Shown: positions 38,499 through 52,200, numbered from the stretch's first letter. The stretch: 64,000 bases of DNA from Eledone cirrhosa (GCA_964016885.1 OZ024743.1:351602001-351666000), one strand, 5' to 3'. The notes: generated by a model from the letters alone, not told the origin. Numbers and translations: made by a program.

Positions 38499-38672
38499 CT
38501 CAATGGAATCATTCCACTTACAAAGAAACTTGACATCAGGAAACGTTTTTGGTAATTTGAGGTATGTCTTAAATACTTCTGTATATTCTTTGAGGGTCAG
38601 TTTGTTGAATAAAAGGATTTGGCGGTGAGAAAAGCGAGATTTAACACGTTTCTCTAATAATTCTATTACATC
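38499..38672 (-). CDS. ORC4: ORC4 internal exon (174 nt), most upstream exon found in the window
   Basis: DVIELLEKRVKSRFSHRQILLFN...KWNDSIE carries the ORC4 signature LLEKRVKSRFSHR. TTTCAG/GTAAGT boundaries. Confidence 0.95.
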
Positions 38673-39774
38673 CTGAAACAAGCAAAATATTATAAAACTA
38701 AATCATAGTGGAGTGATATTGATCTCTAATTTATACACAAGGTCAACAAATTTTGGAGAAGAGAAAGTAGATTAAATCAACCCAGTACTTGTCTGGTACT
38801 TTATTTTATCAACCCCAGAAGGATGAATGGCAAAGTTGACCTCAGTGGGATTTGAACTGCATAGAGCCAGAATAAATATGATAATGAATTTAATCTACTT
38901 TCATGAGTCTACCAATTTGGTGACTTGAATTTCTATGGCAATATCAGAAGAAATTACCCAAGAAAGATTGCAACATATCATTTACCTTTAAATGTTAGTA
39001 CCATGGAATCAAACATATATTAGACAAGGTGTCATACTGAAGGTAGGAGAGTCAAATGTAAGTAAAAGAACTTAAGTTGGGGTTAATATTTTGATCACGG
39101 ATTTAGAGACAAAGCCAGAAAATTTGGGAAAAGGGCAAAGTCAATTAAATCGACCCCCACTTGGACAATGAGGCAGTCAGCCCTAGTGTCATGCACACTA
39201 GAGTGCACACACACCCCCAGCCTAGGCCTATATCATTAGGGTAGCAATGTTTGAGCATACTTTTGGAACTGAAGGCAACAAGACAATGCAGAATAACTTT
39301 TAACAATCGCAATATATATATATCTTGGTTTTACATTTCAACTTCTTAAATTACCCACTGTAATTGACCTTTTTCATTTAACTATGTTAGTTCCATCTGT
39401 TCGTAATAAAGCATTGTGTAATGAGAGATCTCCATCCAGCACAGGTAAGTCTTATCACAAACCAGCTACCAGTCTAGGCCGATGTCTGCCAAGTACTGAA
39501 CCAGATTACAACTTTTTTATACACAAAATTGCATTGCACTAAGGGTGGCTAATTAGGAAGATAGATGATTTTGTTCATTAATCCCTTCTATTTTATTTTA
39601 TTTTATTTTCATGTGCAACTTTGATGAAAGCTTCTTCACTGCAACAAGCACTGCAACACCGATGGAAGAAGTGTGTGGACTCCAAGAGGGAATATGTTGA
39701 AAAATAAACTTCATTTGGTTACATTCCATGAGAGTATCTTGGTCAGTCTATGAACTTTTCAGCTGATCCTTGTG

Positions 39775-39805
<31 letters not shown>

Positions 39806-39924
39806 CATCATCATCATCATCATCATCTTCGTTTAACGTCCATCTTCCATGCTAGCATGGGTTAGACGGCTATATATATATGTATATATATATATATATA
39901 TATAAACGTTTGTATATGTATAAT

Positions 39925-41396
39925 AAAGCCAAGGTTAGAATTAACAATGAATATAGTGAAGAGTTTAGCGTAAAAGCTGGTGTTCATCAGGGCTCTGTTC
40001 TTAGCCCCCTACTATTTATTATTGCCCTTCAGGCTATAACGGTGGAGTTCAAGACCGGCTGCCCATGGGAACTCCTATACACAGATGATCTAACGCTCAT
40101 AGCTGAATCAATGGCCGAGCTAGAGAAGAAATTCCAAACATGGAAGCACGGCCTAGAATCAAAAGGCCTTAAAATTAACCTGGCTAAGACTAAAGTTCTA
40201 GTTTGTAGGAAAGAAAATAAGGCGCCGGTCCCTTCCGGGAAATGGCCATGCTCAGTATGTAGGAAAGGCGTAGGTAGAAACTCCATTTTATGTCCCAAAT
40301 GCAAAGTGTGGGTGCATAAAAGATGTAGTGGGATCACAGGTAAGCTAACTAAGAACATAGATTTTACATGTGGCCGGTGCTCTGGTGCAATAAGTAGCAG
40401 CAAGTGCCCACAGAATACTAGCTCTTTCAATTGCGCAGAGGGTTCTATAGAAATAGTGGACAGCTTCCGTTACCTGGGTGACAAAATCAGCAGTGTGGGG
40501 AGGGTGCTCTGAAAGTACAGTAGCTAGAGTCAGAACTGGATGGAAAAAGTTCAGAGAGCTTATACCACTATTAGCCGCTAAAGGGTTCTCCCTAAAAATG
40601 AAAGGCAGGTTGTATGATGCCTGCATACGAACAGCAATGTTGCATGGCAGTGAGACCTGGGCATTGTGTGCAGAGGATATACGCAGACTAGAGAGGAACG
40701 AAGCTTGCATGCTCCGCTGGATGTGTAATAGTAATATACGTGAACGACAAAGCATAAACGAACTAAGGGAAAAATGAGAAATAAGAGGGATCAGATGTTG
40801 TTTACTCGAGAGAAGGCTACGTTGGTATGGTCACGTGATGCGCATGAAAGACGACAGCTGTATAAAAAAGTGCAGGGCAATAAAGATAGACGGTAGCCAC
40901 GGAGTAGGCAGACCCAGAAAAACCTGGGACGACCTGATAAATTCCGACCTCACACACTTACACCTCTCCAAGACAATGTCACTTGACCGAGATCTTTGGC
41001 GGTACTCAGTAATAGAGAAGACCCGGCTTGCCTAAATACAAAGTAAACCTACTACAGTCAGTAGGCATCTCTAACAAAATACGCCCCCACCCCATCCACA
41101 CCGCCCCTTTCAATGTAAAGTTACGTTGGTGCCACAACATCCAGGCCGAAATAAATGAGATTGTGTAGGTGTCACGACAAAAAAACACACAGTCCACGCT
41201 GTAATGTGGCTGTGTAGGCAACACGGTAAAAACCTCCCAGTCCCACACTGTAAATGTGGTTGGTGTTAGGAAGGGCATCCAGCTGTAGAAAACCCACCAG
41301 ACAGTCCTATGCGAGCAAGACAAAGACAACCACTCTTGCTTCAAGTGGGAAAACTCCCGTCCAAACCCATGCAAGCATGGAAGATGGACGTTAAAC

Positions 41397-41430
<34 letters not shown>
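39925..41430 (+). mobile_element. 5'-truncated RTE LINE (same family as 26580-30137)
   Basis: GVHQGSVLSP, LYTDD, Cys-rich insert, RWYGHV, long (GAT)n tail. Confidence 0.92.
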
Positions 41431-41431
<1 letters not shown>

Positions 41432-41432
<1 letters not shown>

Positions 41433-42177
41433 AGCCAAAACAATGCAGGTATGGACATAGAATAAAGAATGCAAATGCAAAAGATATTGTTGACAATTAG
41501 TCTTTTACCTTAGATTTATTTAAATGTCCTTAATTTTCGAGATAATATCTCTTCTTCAGAGCGAAGTAAAGTTGTCAACCAGTGTTCTAAATTGCTTGCC
41601 AAGTCATGCTGACAGGAAATGGTATAGTGTATCTGTTCTATCTCTAATATCAAAGAGTTAAGATTAGGTGGATAAAGAGTAGTCTCCCTTTAAAAGGGGT
41701 TTGTTTTTTTTTGTTTTTTTTATATACATGCCTGTTTAAGTGTGTGGGAGAATGCATGAAGGTGTAAGTATGTGAGTGTGTGTGTGTGAGTGTGAGAAGA
41801 TATGTCTATTCGTAAATGTGGGGGATAGGTGTTATTTCGTGTTAGAACTGGTTTTGTGTGTGTATGTGTGAGAGAGAATAAGTGGAGGTGTAAGCGTGTG
41901 TGTGTGTGCGTGCGTGTGGTGTGTGGGGTGTGTGTAAATATGGGGCTAGAAGGTCTATCAAGTTATAAATTGGGTGTTGAGTTCTAGTCTATTATTGATT
42001 GGTGGTTGTGTTTTGTCTATAATTAGTGCTTCCTTAATTCTAAGATTGCCGAGGTTTCTTTCCATGGTTTCTATACTAACTGTTATGTTTTGTCTGTGTT
42101 TTTGCATTTAACTAGGTGTTTCTTAAATGAGGAAGCGTTAGTATTGAGGTGTTCTTTTATTCTTATGTGGAGTGGTC
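41432..42177 (-). mobile_element. 3' fragment of PLE family B
   Basis: Reverse complement of ~56890-57610 (RPLHIRIKEHLNT...NLRIKEALII plus pLTR). Confidence 0.8.
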
Positions 42178-42277
42178 TCACTGATGAGGGACTCATTTTA
42201 TAACATGTTATCCATGTGCAACCATGCAGTATTCTTCTCCCCATATTTTTAACATATATTTACCTAAACTGCGATTC

Positions 42278-42308
<31 letters not shown>

Positions 42309-42778
42309 TACTGCTCCCTCGTTCTCTGTTTCTCTTACTTTCTTTCATCCCCTCTGTCATGTCAGTTAACACTTTCTCTCTACTGACCTCTTCCTCGCAC
42401 TTCCACTCACTCACTCACTGTTTCTCCCCTTCTCAATTCCCCCCATTCGCTACGAAAACGATTTCCTTCTTTCTTACATCGGATTCATCGCGAAAGGTCT
42501 ATTTCTTACTCGCTCATATATTCACCCAGCTTATACATGTAGCTTGTGTTTCTTCCTATCTTCGGTTAGCTTTCCCCTGTTTGTTTACTTGTCTCACTTG
42601 CTTTACGCGTTTTAATTGTCCTAATAACTTATTTTAGTTATTATTGCACCAACGTGAGGTATATGATTTTTAATGCAATGAAATACCAATGACCGTTGGC
42701 AAATCACTGATGAGGGACTCATTTTATAACATGTTATCCATGTGCAACCATGCAGTATTCTTCTCCCCATATTTTTAA
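42178..42778 (+). repeat. 526-bp non-coding unit bounded by a 75-bp direct repeat starting at a CTGATGA box
   Basis: 42178-42252 equals 42704-42778. Followed by (TA)n. Confidence 0.75.
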
Positions 42779-42804
42779 TATATATATATATATATATATG
42801 TATT

Positions 42805-42840
<36 letters not shown>

Positions 42841-43414
42841 GTATATATAATGTATTTTGCAATACACTTTATGCTTAATTAAAAGCATTTTGAAGACCGT
42901 AAGCTATTGTTTTAAAGTACTGACAAATTCACTTACTTTGATCTCAACAAACAGGGGAGATAAGCCGACAAGTCTTGTTTCGCTTTGGTTGAAGCTTATC
43001 AAGGCCAACTACCCCTCCTGTCTACCGAGATCATTGATGTTATATTCTTATAGAAATCTAGTAAATAATCAGGAGCTGATTATGCAGAGCGGTTGTTGGT
43101 CAGGCAGAAATTAAAAATTAGAATTGGAGCTCTGAAATAGCAATATATATATGGATGTATATATAATGTATTTTGCAATACACTTTATGCTTAATTAAAA
43201 GCATTTTGAAGACCGTAAGCTATTGTTTTAAAGTAGTGACAAATTCACTTACTTTGATCTCAGCAAACAGGGGAGATAAGCCGACAAGTCTTGTTTCGCT
43301 TTGGTTGAAGCTTATCAATGCCAACTACCCCTCCTGTCTACCGAGATCATTGATGTTATATTCTTACATATAGATGTTATATTCTAACAATAGCTTACGG
43401 TCTTCAAAATGCTT
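42841..43414 (-). repeat. 316-bp tandem repeat (~1.7 units) plus a 29-bp inverted piece, each unit with a hammerhead (retrozyme-like)
   Basis: Period 316 (42841/43157). 43386-43414 is the reverse complement of aagcattttgaagaccgtaagctattgtt. Confidence 0.88.
42964..43005 (-). ncRNA. Type I hammerhead ribozyme, U3-A8 core variant (second copy ~43280-43321)
   Basis: Minus strand: GCC-TTGATAA-GCTT caacca AAGC-GAAA-CAAG a CTTG-TC-GGC. Confidence 0.8.
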
Positions 43415-45571
43415 GTGTATGACGAAAAAGAAGACGATTTAGAGACGTATGACATAAATAACTGGAATTTCTTACATGATAACTTACTGCAGGCTACTGA
43501 TGAAACTTGTGGCTGGAGCAGAGCTCGAACCAGACAGAGAGTGACCTGGTGGTGGAACAGAACAGTAGATAGGGCCATTAGAGACAAAAGACTAGCATGG
43601 AAGGCTTGAGAAAAGGGGGGGGGGGGAGTAGTGAAGGATATACAGCTGCTAAGAGAGAAGCTGAGAGTAGGAGGTTTGCCAATGTTCTGCGACGGGAAGA
43701 TCAGAGACGTGCAGTGTTCCACATTGCAAGGCAGTGTGTCAATGCAAATCAGGATGTTGGAGATGTGTCCGGGATGATGCCGGTGTACTTAGTGTCACAA
43801 ATGATCAAAAAAAGGAGGCCTGGAAATGTCATTATGAGAGACTGATGAATGTGGAGAACGAATGGGACAGAGAGGAATTACCCCCAGTAGACCCGACAGG
43901 GACCAGCTATTGAGATTGACGAATATAGGGTACAAGAGGCAATTAAGGGAATGAAGAATGGTAAGGCTGCTGGACCGTCGGGGATAGTTGCTGAGATGCT
44001 GAAGGCATCATAAGTTGCACGCATCATTAATCAAGCTATATATGGTGGTGTCATACCCAAAGACTGGTGCAGCAGTATTCTCATAAATTGCTACAAAGGT
44101 AAAGGGGATGCTCTAGAGAGGAGCAATTATAGGGGCATAAAGCTGATGGATCAGGTTATGAAAGAGGCAGAGAGAATATTAGCGCAACTGATTAGAGAAA
44201 GGATCAAATTAGATGAGATGCAGTTTGGTTTTGTGCCTCGGAAAAGTACAACAGATGCCCTCTTCTCAGTGAGGCAACTACAAGAGAGGTTCTTAGAGAA
44301 GAATAAGCCACTAAACTTAGCTTTTGTTGACCTAGAGAAGGCCTTTGATAGGGTACCCTGATCTGTCATCTGGTGGTCCCTAAGGAAACTAGGTGTAGAG
44401 GAATGGCTTGTGAGGACAGTGCAAGCTATGTACAGGGGTGCTGTCAGTAAAGTGAGAATAGGAATGGAGTTTAGTGAGGAATTCCAGATACAAGTAGGTG
44501 TACATCAGGGTTCGGTCCTCAGCCCGCTCTTGTTCATTATAGTCCTCCAAGCCATAACAGACGAGTTTAAGACTGAATGCCCATGGGAACTTCTCTATGC
44601 TGATGATCTGGTTCTTATAGCAGAATCAGTAGAGGAGCTAGAGAATAAATTCTGGCTATGGAAACAGCAGTTGGAATAAAGAGGCCTGAGAGTGTTGATA
44701 AGTAGAAGAGAGGACAATACTGATTCCATCAAGGAAATGGCCATGTTCAATATGTAGGAAAGGAACTGGCATAAATTCCATAAAATGTACGCAATGCAGA
44801 TCTTGAGTACACAAGAGATGTAGTGGGATAGCAGGCAAACTAACAGGTAGGGAGAAATACGTATGCAGTAGATGTACAGGGAAATTAGACAGTAGAAGTC
44901 GCATTGATAGACACATTTTTCAAATGCAGATGGGTGCTATAGAAGTGGTTGATAGCTTCCGGTACCTAGGTGATCAGATTAGCATGGGAGGGGGGTGTTC
45001 CGAGGCCATAGTATCTAGAATAAGGACGGGTTGGAAGAAGTTTAAAGAGTTACTTCCTCTGCTGACAAAGAAGGGTTTCTCCCTGCGTACGAAAGGCCAG
45101 TTATATAATGCCTGTGTGAGGAGCGCGATGCTGCATGGTAGTGAGACATGAGCAGCAACTGCAGAGGATATGCGACGGCTGGAGAGGAATGAGGCAAACA
45201 TGCTCCGTTGGATGTGCAATGTCAATGTGCGCGAACGACCAAGCATAGACGAGTTGAGAAAGAAACTGGGTATAAGAGGGATAAGTTGTGGTGTGCAGGA
45301 GAGAAGGCTGAGATGGTATGGACATGTGATGCGCATGGAGGATGACCGCTGGGTAAAGAAGTGCCAAGAAATCCCAGTAACAGGAAGACGCGGTAGATGT
45401 AGACCACGAAAAACATGAGCGGAGGTGGTAAGAGCAGACCTCAGATCGCTGAAACTCACCGAGGAGATGATGAAGGACCGTGACAAGTGGAGAGATGCTG
45501 TGCTGAATAGGACCCATCCCACCCTTGCAAGCAGGGAAAAGCGGACGTAAAATGATGATGATGATGATGAT
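43415..45571 (+). mobile_element. 5'-truncated RTE LINE, second subfamily, degenerate
   Basis: TWWWN, FVDLEKAFDRVP, GVHQGS, LYADD, RLRWYGHV, (GAT)n tail. Many stops. Confidence 0.9.
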
Positions 45572-46289
45572 ATTCAGATAAGTCCCAAATATTTCGTAAC
45601 ACACCAAAAGTATATACAAGTATTACTGAATTAATTATTCTTTAACAATGGTTATAGTAAATGTGTGTGTGACTATGCATAAATGATGATGATATATATG
45701 ATGGGCTTCGTACAGCTTATGCCTACCAATTTTTCTCACAAAGCATTGGTCAGCCATGACTATAGTAGAAGACACTTTCCCAAGGTGTCATGCAGTGTCT
45801 ATATTAGAAATTAACAATAGTGGCTGAAATTAGTATCATGATTATCTGGGAAATATAATTAGATTTATCTTCAGTGATTTATCAGTTAGAATAATTATAA
45901 TCACGCCCTATGAGTATATCTAATTGGAAAAGAGATGACAAAACATGCCTGCACAGATCACTGGTATATCCTACTTTCTCACCTCACCAACCAGTCTGAT
46001 GCTTACAACTAAACCACAATTAGTCTATCAGTCCTTCATCCACCACCACATATTTTCATAATGTAGACACAGCCAACATTAGGTCATTATCTCCCCGCCC
46101 TACCACATCTCCTGACAGACAGCCTATCAAGTCAAAAGGGGAGATTCTACATAGTCACTTGACCTGCTAGAAATAACAGCAAAATCTCCCTCAAAACACA
46201 CCCTAAAGGACACATTGCATAATGTGGTCCTGTGTTCCTTGCAAATAGATTTTAAAAAAACAGGATGATCACAACTAGAAAGCTTTTAA

Positions 46290-47600
46290 TTATAGCATCA
46301 GCCTGGAGCTACACAACAATGTAGACCCAGAAAACACCATACATTCTCTTTACCTTCCCAGACTACTACTGTAAGACCCACATACCTATCATAAAGGAGA
46401 GAACTTTATGTCCATTCACCTTTAGACCACTAGCAAGGTAAAAAGGCAATTAAGGATATGAAGGCAAGAAAAGTAGCAGGTCCATTAGGGATAGTCACTA
46501 CAAAGCTGAAAGTATCCAGTCAATCAAATCATGCAGGAAAATGTTATCCACAATGACTGGTGTAACAGCAACATAATAAAATGCTAGAAGAACAAAGGAG
46601 ATACTTTAAAAAGAATTTGCTACAAAGGCATTAAACCTGTCAAACCATCTAAAACTGCCTCTGATTTTCATTTTAGAGTGTTTATACTTAAATCAAAACC
46701 TTCCATCATAATTTTATTTTATAAAAACTTTTATCAAATTATGTTATATATACCACTTTAACAAGGAAGAGGTTATTTATTTTACTAAGCCCTTGATGAT
46801 TTTCAGAGTCAATAAAAACATATAGAGTGTATTTCATTAGAAATATAGTCATGAACAGGTTAAACTGATGAACAGGTTCAACTAAAGAATCAAGTCATAA
46901 ACAAATTAAACTGACAGACCTAGTTATGAACAGGTTAAACTGAGGGAGCAAGTCATGAAAGTAACAAAGAATCAAAAATGGAACTAGCTTAGATGAGATG
47001 CAATTTGAGTTTTTTATGCTAAGACATGGAATCTTAACCAGGAACAGACAATAATAACATCTACCATTTGTTGAATTGAAGGTCTTTGACAGAGTACCAC
47101 ACTCTGTTGTCTGGTGACTGAGAAAACAGGAGGTAGAGGTTGTCCACGATATGTGAAAGTTAGCAACAACCTCAATGAGGAATTTATCATGCATGTACAT
47201 GTCAACCAGGTCTCAATTCTCCATCCCCTCCTATCTATTATAGTTCTCCATACCATAACAGATAAGTTCAAGATTTGTAATCCATGGGAAATTATGTATA
47301 TCAATGATCTAGTTCTCATAGCCATCGCCAAAGAATTGGAAGAAAAGTTCTAAATATGGAAACAGGGTCTAGAATTGAGAGAACAAAAGATTAACTTAGC
47401 AAAGCCAAATTTTGAGTTAGCAGAAAAGAAAACAGAACACTACAACCAACATACCGTTATGAAAAAAATGGAGTTGGTAGAAACTCTATACTGTATACCC
47501 AATGCAAACAATCAGTACCAAAAGGTGCAGTGAGAGCTCAGGCAGGCTGGCAGAGAAGAAAAACTTACTTCATAAGTAATAGATGCAAAAGAGAAGTTAG
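46290..47600 (+). mobile_element. Highly degraded RTE fragments
   Basis: Remnants LDEMQF, LKVFDRVP, PWEIMYINDLVLIA. Confidence 0.65.
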
Positions 47601-49260
47601 CAATAAGATGACTTAATAATAGTGAAGGTGCTGACAGCTGCAGCAGTAGTAGTAGTAAACAAGTAATTAAGTACTATATATAGTTGTATGTAAGAAATAT
47701 GTGACAAAAGACTAATGGTAAAATGGCTTATATTCGAGGTCAATATTTTGTTGATTTTCACCAACTTCAAAATTCTACGTAAATGAGGTGGGTGCTAATG
47801 GAGGTGAATATTACACTGGTTTCACTTTCATTATGAAATTTGTATTTACTGTGGTCTTTTTATACATTCTGAATGAATATGATCTTCAAAATAGTCAAAA
47901 ATTTGTAAAAATATCATTATATCATCATCATCATCGTTTAACGTCCATCTTCCACGCTAGCATGGGTTGGACGGTTTTGTTCTACTTGAGGCGGGATTGG
48001 TTAGGAGACCGTGTCTCGCTCGTACAGAACTGTCCCTGGCAGGTTTTCTATGGCTGGATGCCCTTCCTAACACCAACCACATTTACAGTGTGGACTGGGA
48101 TCCTTTTTACTGTATCACCAACACGACCATTTTACAGTTGATGGAAATGGGAGGATGGAGTAAGGTGTGTTGGGTGGGGTGTATATTGGGTTAAGAGGTG
48201 CCTACTAACTGTAGGTTTAAGTTTGTATGCAAGGGAAGGCGGGTCTTCTGTACAACTACATAGCGCCAAAGATCTCAATCCAGTGTCATTGTCTTAGAGA
48301 GGTGTAAGTGAGCAAGGTCAGTTTTTATCACCACGTCCCAGGTTTTTCTTGGTCTACCCATGTAATGTAGTTGTGAAACAAAAACTATACTCTAAACCAA
48401 AGGTTCTCAACCCATTTCAGCCATTTTGCCCCTCGAAATCACGAAACGACCCCTACCCTATTTTTCCATTTTTCAATATACTACTGATTTTGATATCAGT
48501 AGATTACAGGGCCAAATCAAGTTATGTAAAAATCTTTAAAAAATATTAGTACAAATTAAATACAAAAAAGTTTCAAAAAGCAAGCTATTTCAAATTATAT
48601 TTTTTTTTTTAAATAGACGTGAATGTTCTCAAAGATTTGATCTCAGTCGAAAAAGCTTTTTTTTTAAATTCTATATTTCACTGTTAGCTGTTGTAATATT
48701 TTGAGTGGATAGACAATTCTACAATTCAAACTGTAAAGTCAAAATACAAAAGATGCAAAATATGAAGAATTTCTTACCTTTCTTTTGAATCTCAAACACA
48801 AGGGAAAAATAGTAACTTGCAAAATAAAGTGCCTCAATCACAAACTTAGTTGCAACGAATGAATTGAGATGTGACAGTGAGCAAACAATATCTGTATCCC
48901 TTATATTTATATATATATATATTTTTTTTTTTTACGTCCACTTTTCCCTGCTTGCAAGGGTGGGAGGGGAACTGATTCTGGCTTGATTTCTACAGCTGGA
49001 TGCCCTTCCTAACACCAACCTCATTTACAGTGAGTGCTGGGTGCTTTTTTGCCGTGGCACCTCCACGACCACTTTGCAGTGGAATGATAGGGACCCCAGT
49101 CCCTATCATCTCATTTCTACAGCTGAGTAAACTGGAGCAATGTGAAATAAAGTGTCTTGCTCAAGGAAACAACACATCACCCGGTCTGAGAATTGAACTC
49201 ACAACCTTTTGATTGCAAGGCCAATGCTCTAACCACTAAGCCATGTATATATATATATAT

Positions 49261-52200
49261 ATTGGAATAAATGCTCTGAAATAGCGATATATATGTGAAT
49301 ATAGACATAGAATATTCGAAAATATTCTGTATGTTTATAATAAACATTTTGAAGACCTAATCGCTATAGAATAGAATACGTCACGTATTACAATTAGATT
49401 CTCGATAAAAGCAAGGGAAGTAATCTACGCGTTTCATTCTCGTTAGAAATCATCAGGACTACATATCCAGTGCTTTTATCGAGAATGACACAGCTAGAGA
49501 CTTATAGAATACTTAGCTGTGTACAGGAACTGGTTTGAAAGAGCGGTTGCCGGTCCGGCAGAAATTAGAAATTGGAATAAATGCTCTGAAATAGCGATAT
49601 ATATGTGAATATAGACATAGAATATTCGAAAATATTCTGTATGTTTATAATAAACATTTTGAAGACCTAATCGCTATAGAATAGAATACGTCACGTATTA
49701 CAATTAGATTCTCGATAAAAGCAAGGGAAGTAATCTACGCGTTTCATTCTCGTTAGAAATCATCAGGACTACATATCCAGTGCTTTTATCGAGAATGACA
49801 CAGCTAGAGACTTATAGAATACTTAGCTGTGTACAGGAACTGGTTTGAAAGAGCGGTTGCCGGTCCGGCAGAAATTAGAAATTGGAATAAATGCTCTGAA
49901 ATAGCGATATATATGTGAATATAGACATAGAATATTCGAAAATATTCTGTATGTTTATAATAAACATTTTGAAGACCTAATCGCTATAGAATAGAATACG
50001 TCACGTATTACAATTAGATTCTCGATAAAAGCAAGGGAAGTAATCTACGCGTTTCATTCTCGTTAGAAATCATCAGGACTACATATCCAGTGCTTTTATC
50101 GAGAATGACACAGCTAGAGACTTATAGAATACTTAGCTGTGTACAGGAACTGGTTTGAAAGAGCGGTTGCCGGTCCGGCAGAAATTAGAAATTGGAATAA
50201 ATGCTCTGAAATAGCGATATATATGTGAATATAGACATAGAATATTCGAAAATATTCTGTATGTTTATAATAAACATTTTGAAGACCTAATCGCTATAGA
50301 ATAGAATACGTCACGTATTACAATTAGATTCTCGATAAAAGCAAGGGAAGTAATCTACGCGTTTCATTCTCGTTAGAAATCATCAGGACTACATATCCAG
50401 TGCTTTTATCGAGAATGACACAGCTAGAGACTTATAGAATACTTAGCTGTGTACAGGAACTGGTTTGAAAGAGCGGTTGCCGGACCGGCAACCGCTCTTT
50501 CAAACCAGTTCCTGTACACAGCTAAGTATTCTATAAGTCTCTAGCTGTGTCATTCTCGATAAAAGCACTGGATATGTAGTCCTGATGATTTCTAACGAGA
50601 ATGAAACGCGTAGATTACTTCCCTTGCTTTTATCGAGAATCTAATTGTAATACGTGACGTATTCTATTCTATAGCGATTAGGTCTTCAAAATGTTTATTA
50701 TAAACATACAGAATATTTTCGAATATTCTGTCTATATTCACATATATATCGCTATTTCAGAGCATTTATTCCAATTTCTAATTTCTGCCGGACCGGCAAC
50801 CGCTCTTTCAAACCAGTTCCTGTACACAGCTAAGTATTCTATAAGTCTCTAGCTGTGTCATTCTCGATAAAAGCACTGGATATGTAGTCCTGATGATTTC
50901 TAACGAGAATGAAACGCGTAGATTACTTCCCTTGCTTTTATCGAGAATCTAATTGTAATACGTGACGTATTCTATTCTATAGCGATTAGGTCTTCAAAAT
51001 GTTTATTATAAACATACAGAATATTTTCGAATATTCTATGTCTATATTCACATATATATCGCTATTTCAGAGCATTTATTCCAATTTCTAATTTCTGCCG
51101 GACCGGCAACCGCTCTTTCAAACCAGTTCCTGTACACAGCTAAGTATTCTATAAGTCTCTAGCTGTGTCATTCTCGATAAAAGCACTGGATATGTAGTCC
51201 TGATGATTTCTAACGAGAATGAAACGCGTAGATTACTTCCCTTGCTTTTATCGAGAATCTAATTGTAATACGTGACGTATTCTATTCTATAGCGATTAGG
51301 TCTTCAAAATGTTTATTATAAACATACAGAATATTTTCGAATATTCTATGTCTATATTCACATATATATCGCTATTTCAGAGCATTTATTCCAATTTCTA
51401 ATTTCTGCCGGACCGGCAACCGCTCTTTCAAACCAGTTCCTGTACACAGCTAAGTATTCTATAAGTCTCTAGCTGTGTCATTCTCGATAAAAGCACTGGA
51501 TATGTAGTCCTGATGATTTCTAACGAGAATGAAACGCGTAGATTACTTCCCTTGCTTTTATCGAGAATCTAATTGTAATACGTGACGTATTCTATTCTAT
51601 AGCGATTAGGTCTTCAAAATGTTTATTATAAACATACAGAATATTTTCGAATATTCTATGTCTATATTCACATATATATCGCTATTTCAGAGCATTTATT
51701 CCAATTTCTAATTTCTGCCGGACCGGCAACCGCTCTTTCAAACCAGTTCCTGTACACAGCTAAGTATTCTATAAGTCTCTAGCTGTGTCATTCTCGATAA
51801 AAGCACTGGATATGTAGTCCTGATGATTTCTAACGAGAATGAAACGCGTAGATTACTTCCCTTGCTTTTATCGAGAATCTAATTGTAATACGTGACGTAT
51901 TCTATTCTATAGCGATTAGGTCTTCAAAATGTTTATTATAAACATACAGAATATTTTCGAATATTCTATGTCTATATTCACATATATATCGCTATTTCAG
52001 AGCATTTATTCCAATTTCTAATTTCTGCCGGACCGGCAACCGCTCTTTCAAACCAGTTCCTGTACACAGCTAAGTATTCTATAAGTCTCTAGCTGTGTCA
52101 TTCTCGATAAAAGCACTGGATATGTAGTCCTGATGATTTCTAACGAGAATGAAACGCGTAGATTACTTCCCTTGCTTTTATCGAGAATCTAATTGTAATA

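Noticed and set aside
48778-48891. Candidate upstream ORC4 exon (CAG...GTAAG on minus)
   Set aside because: Translations do not resemble the expected ORC4 Walker B-containing exon.
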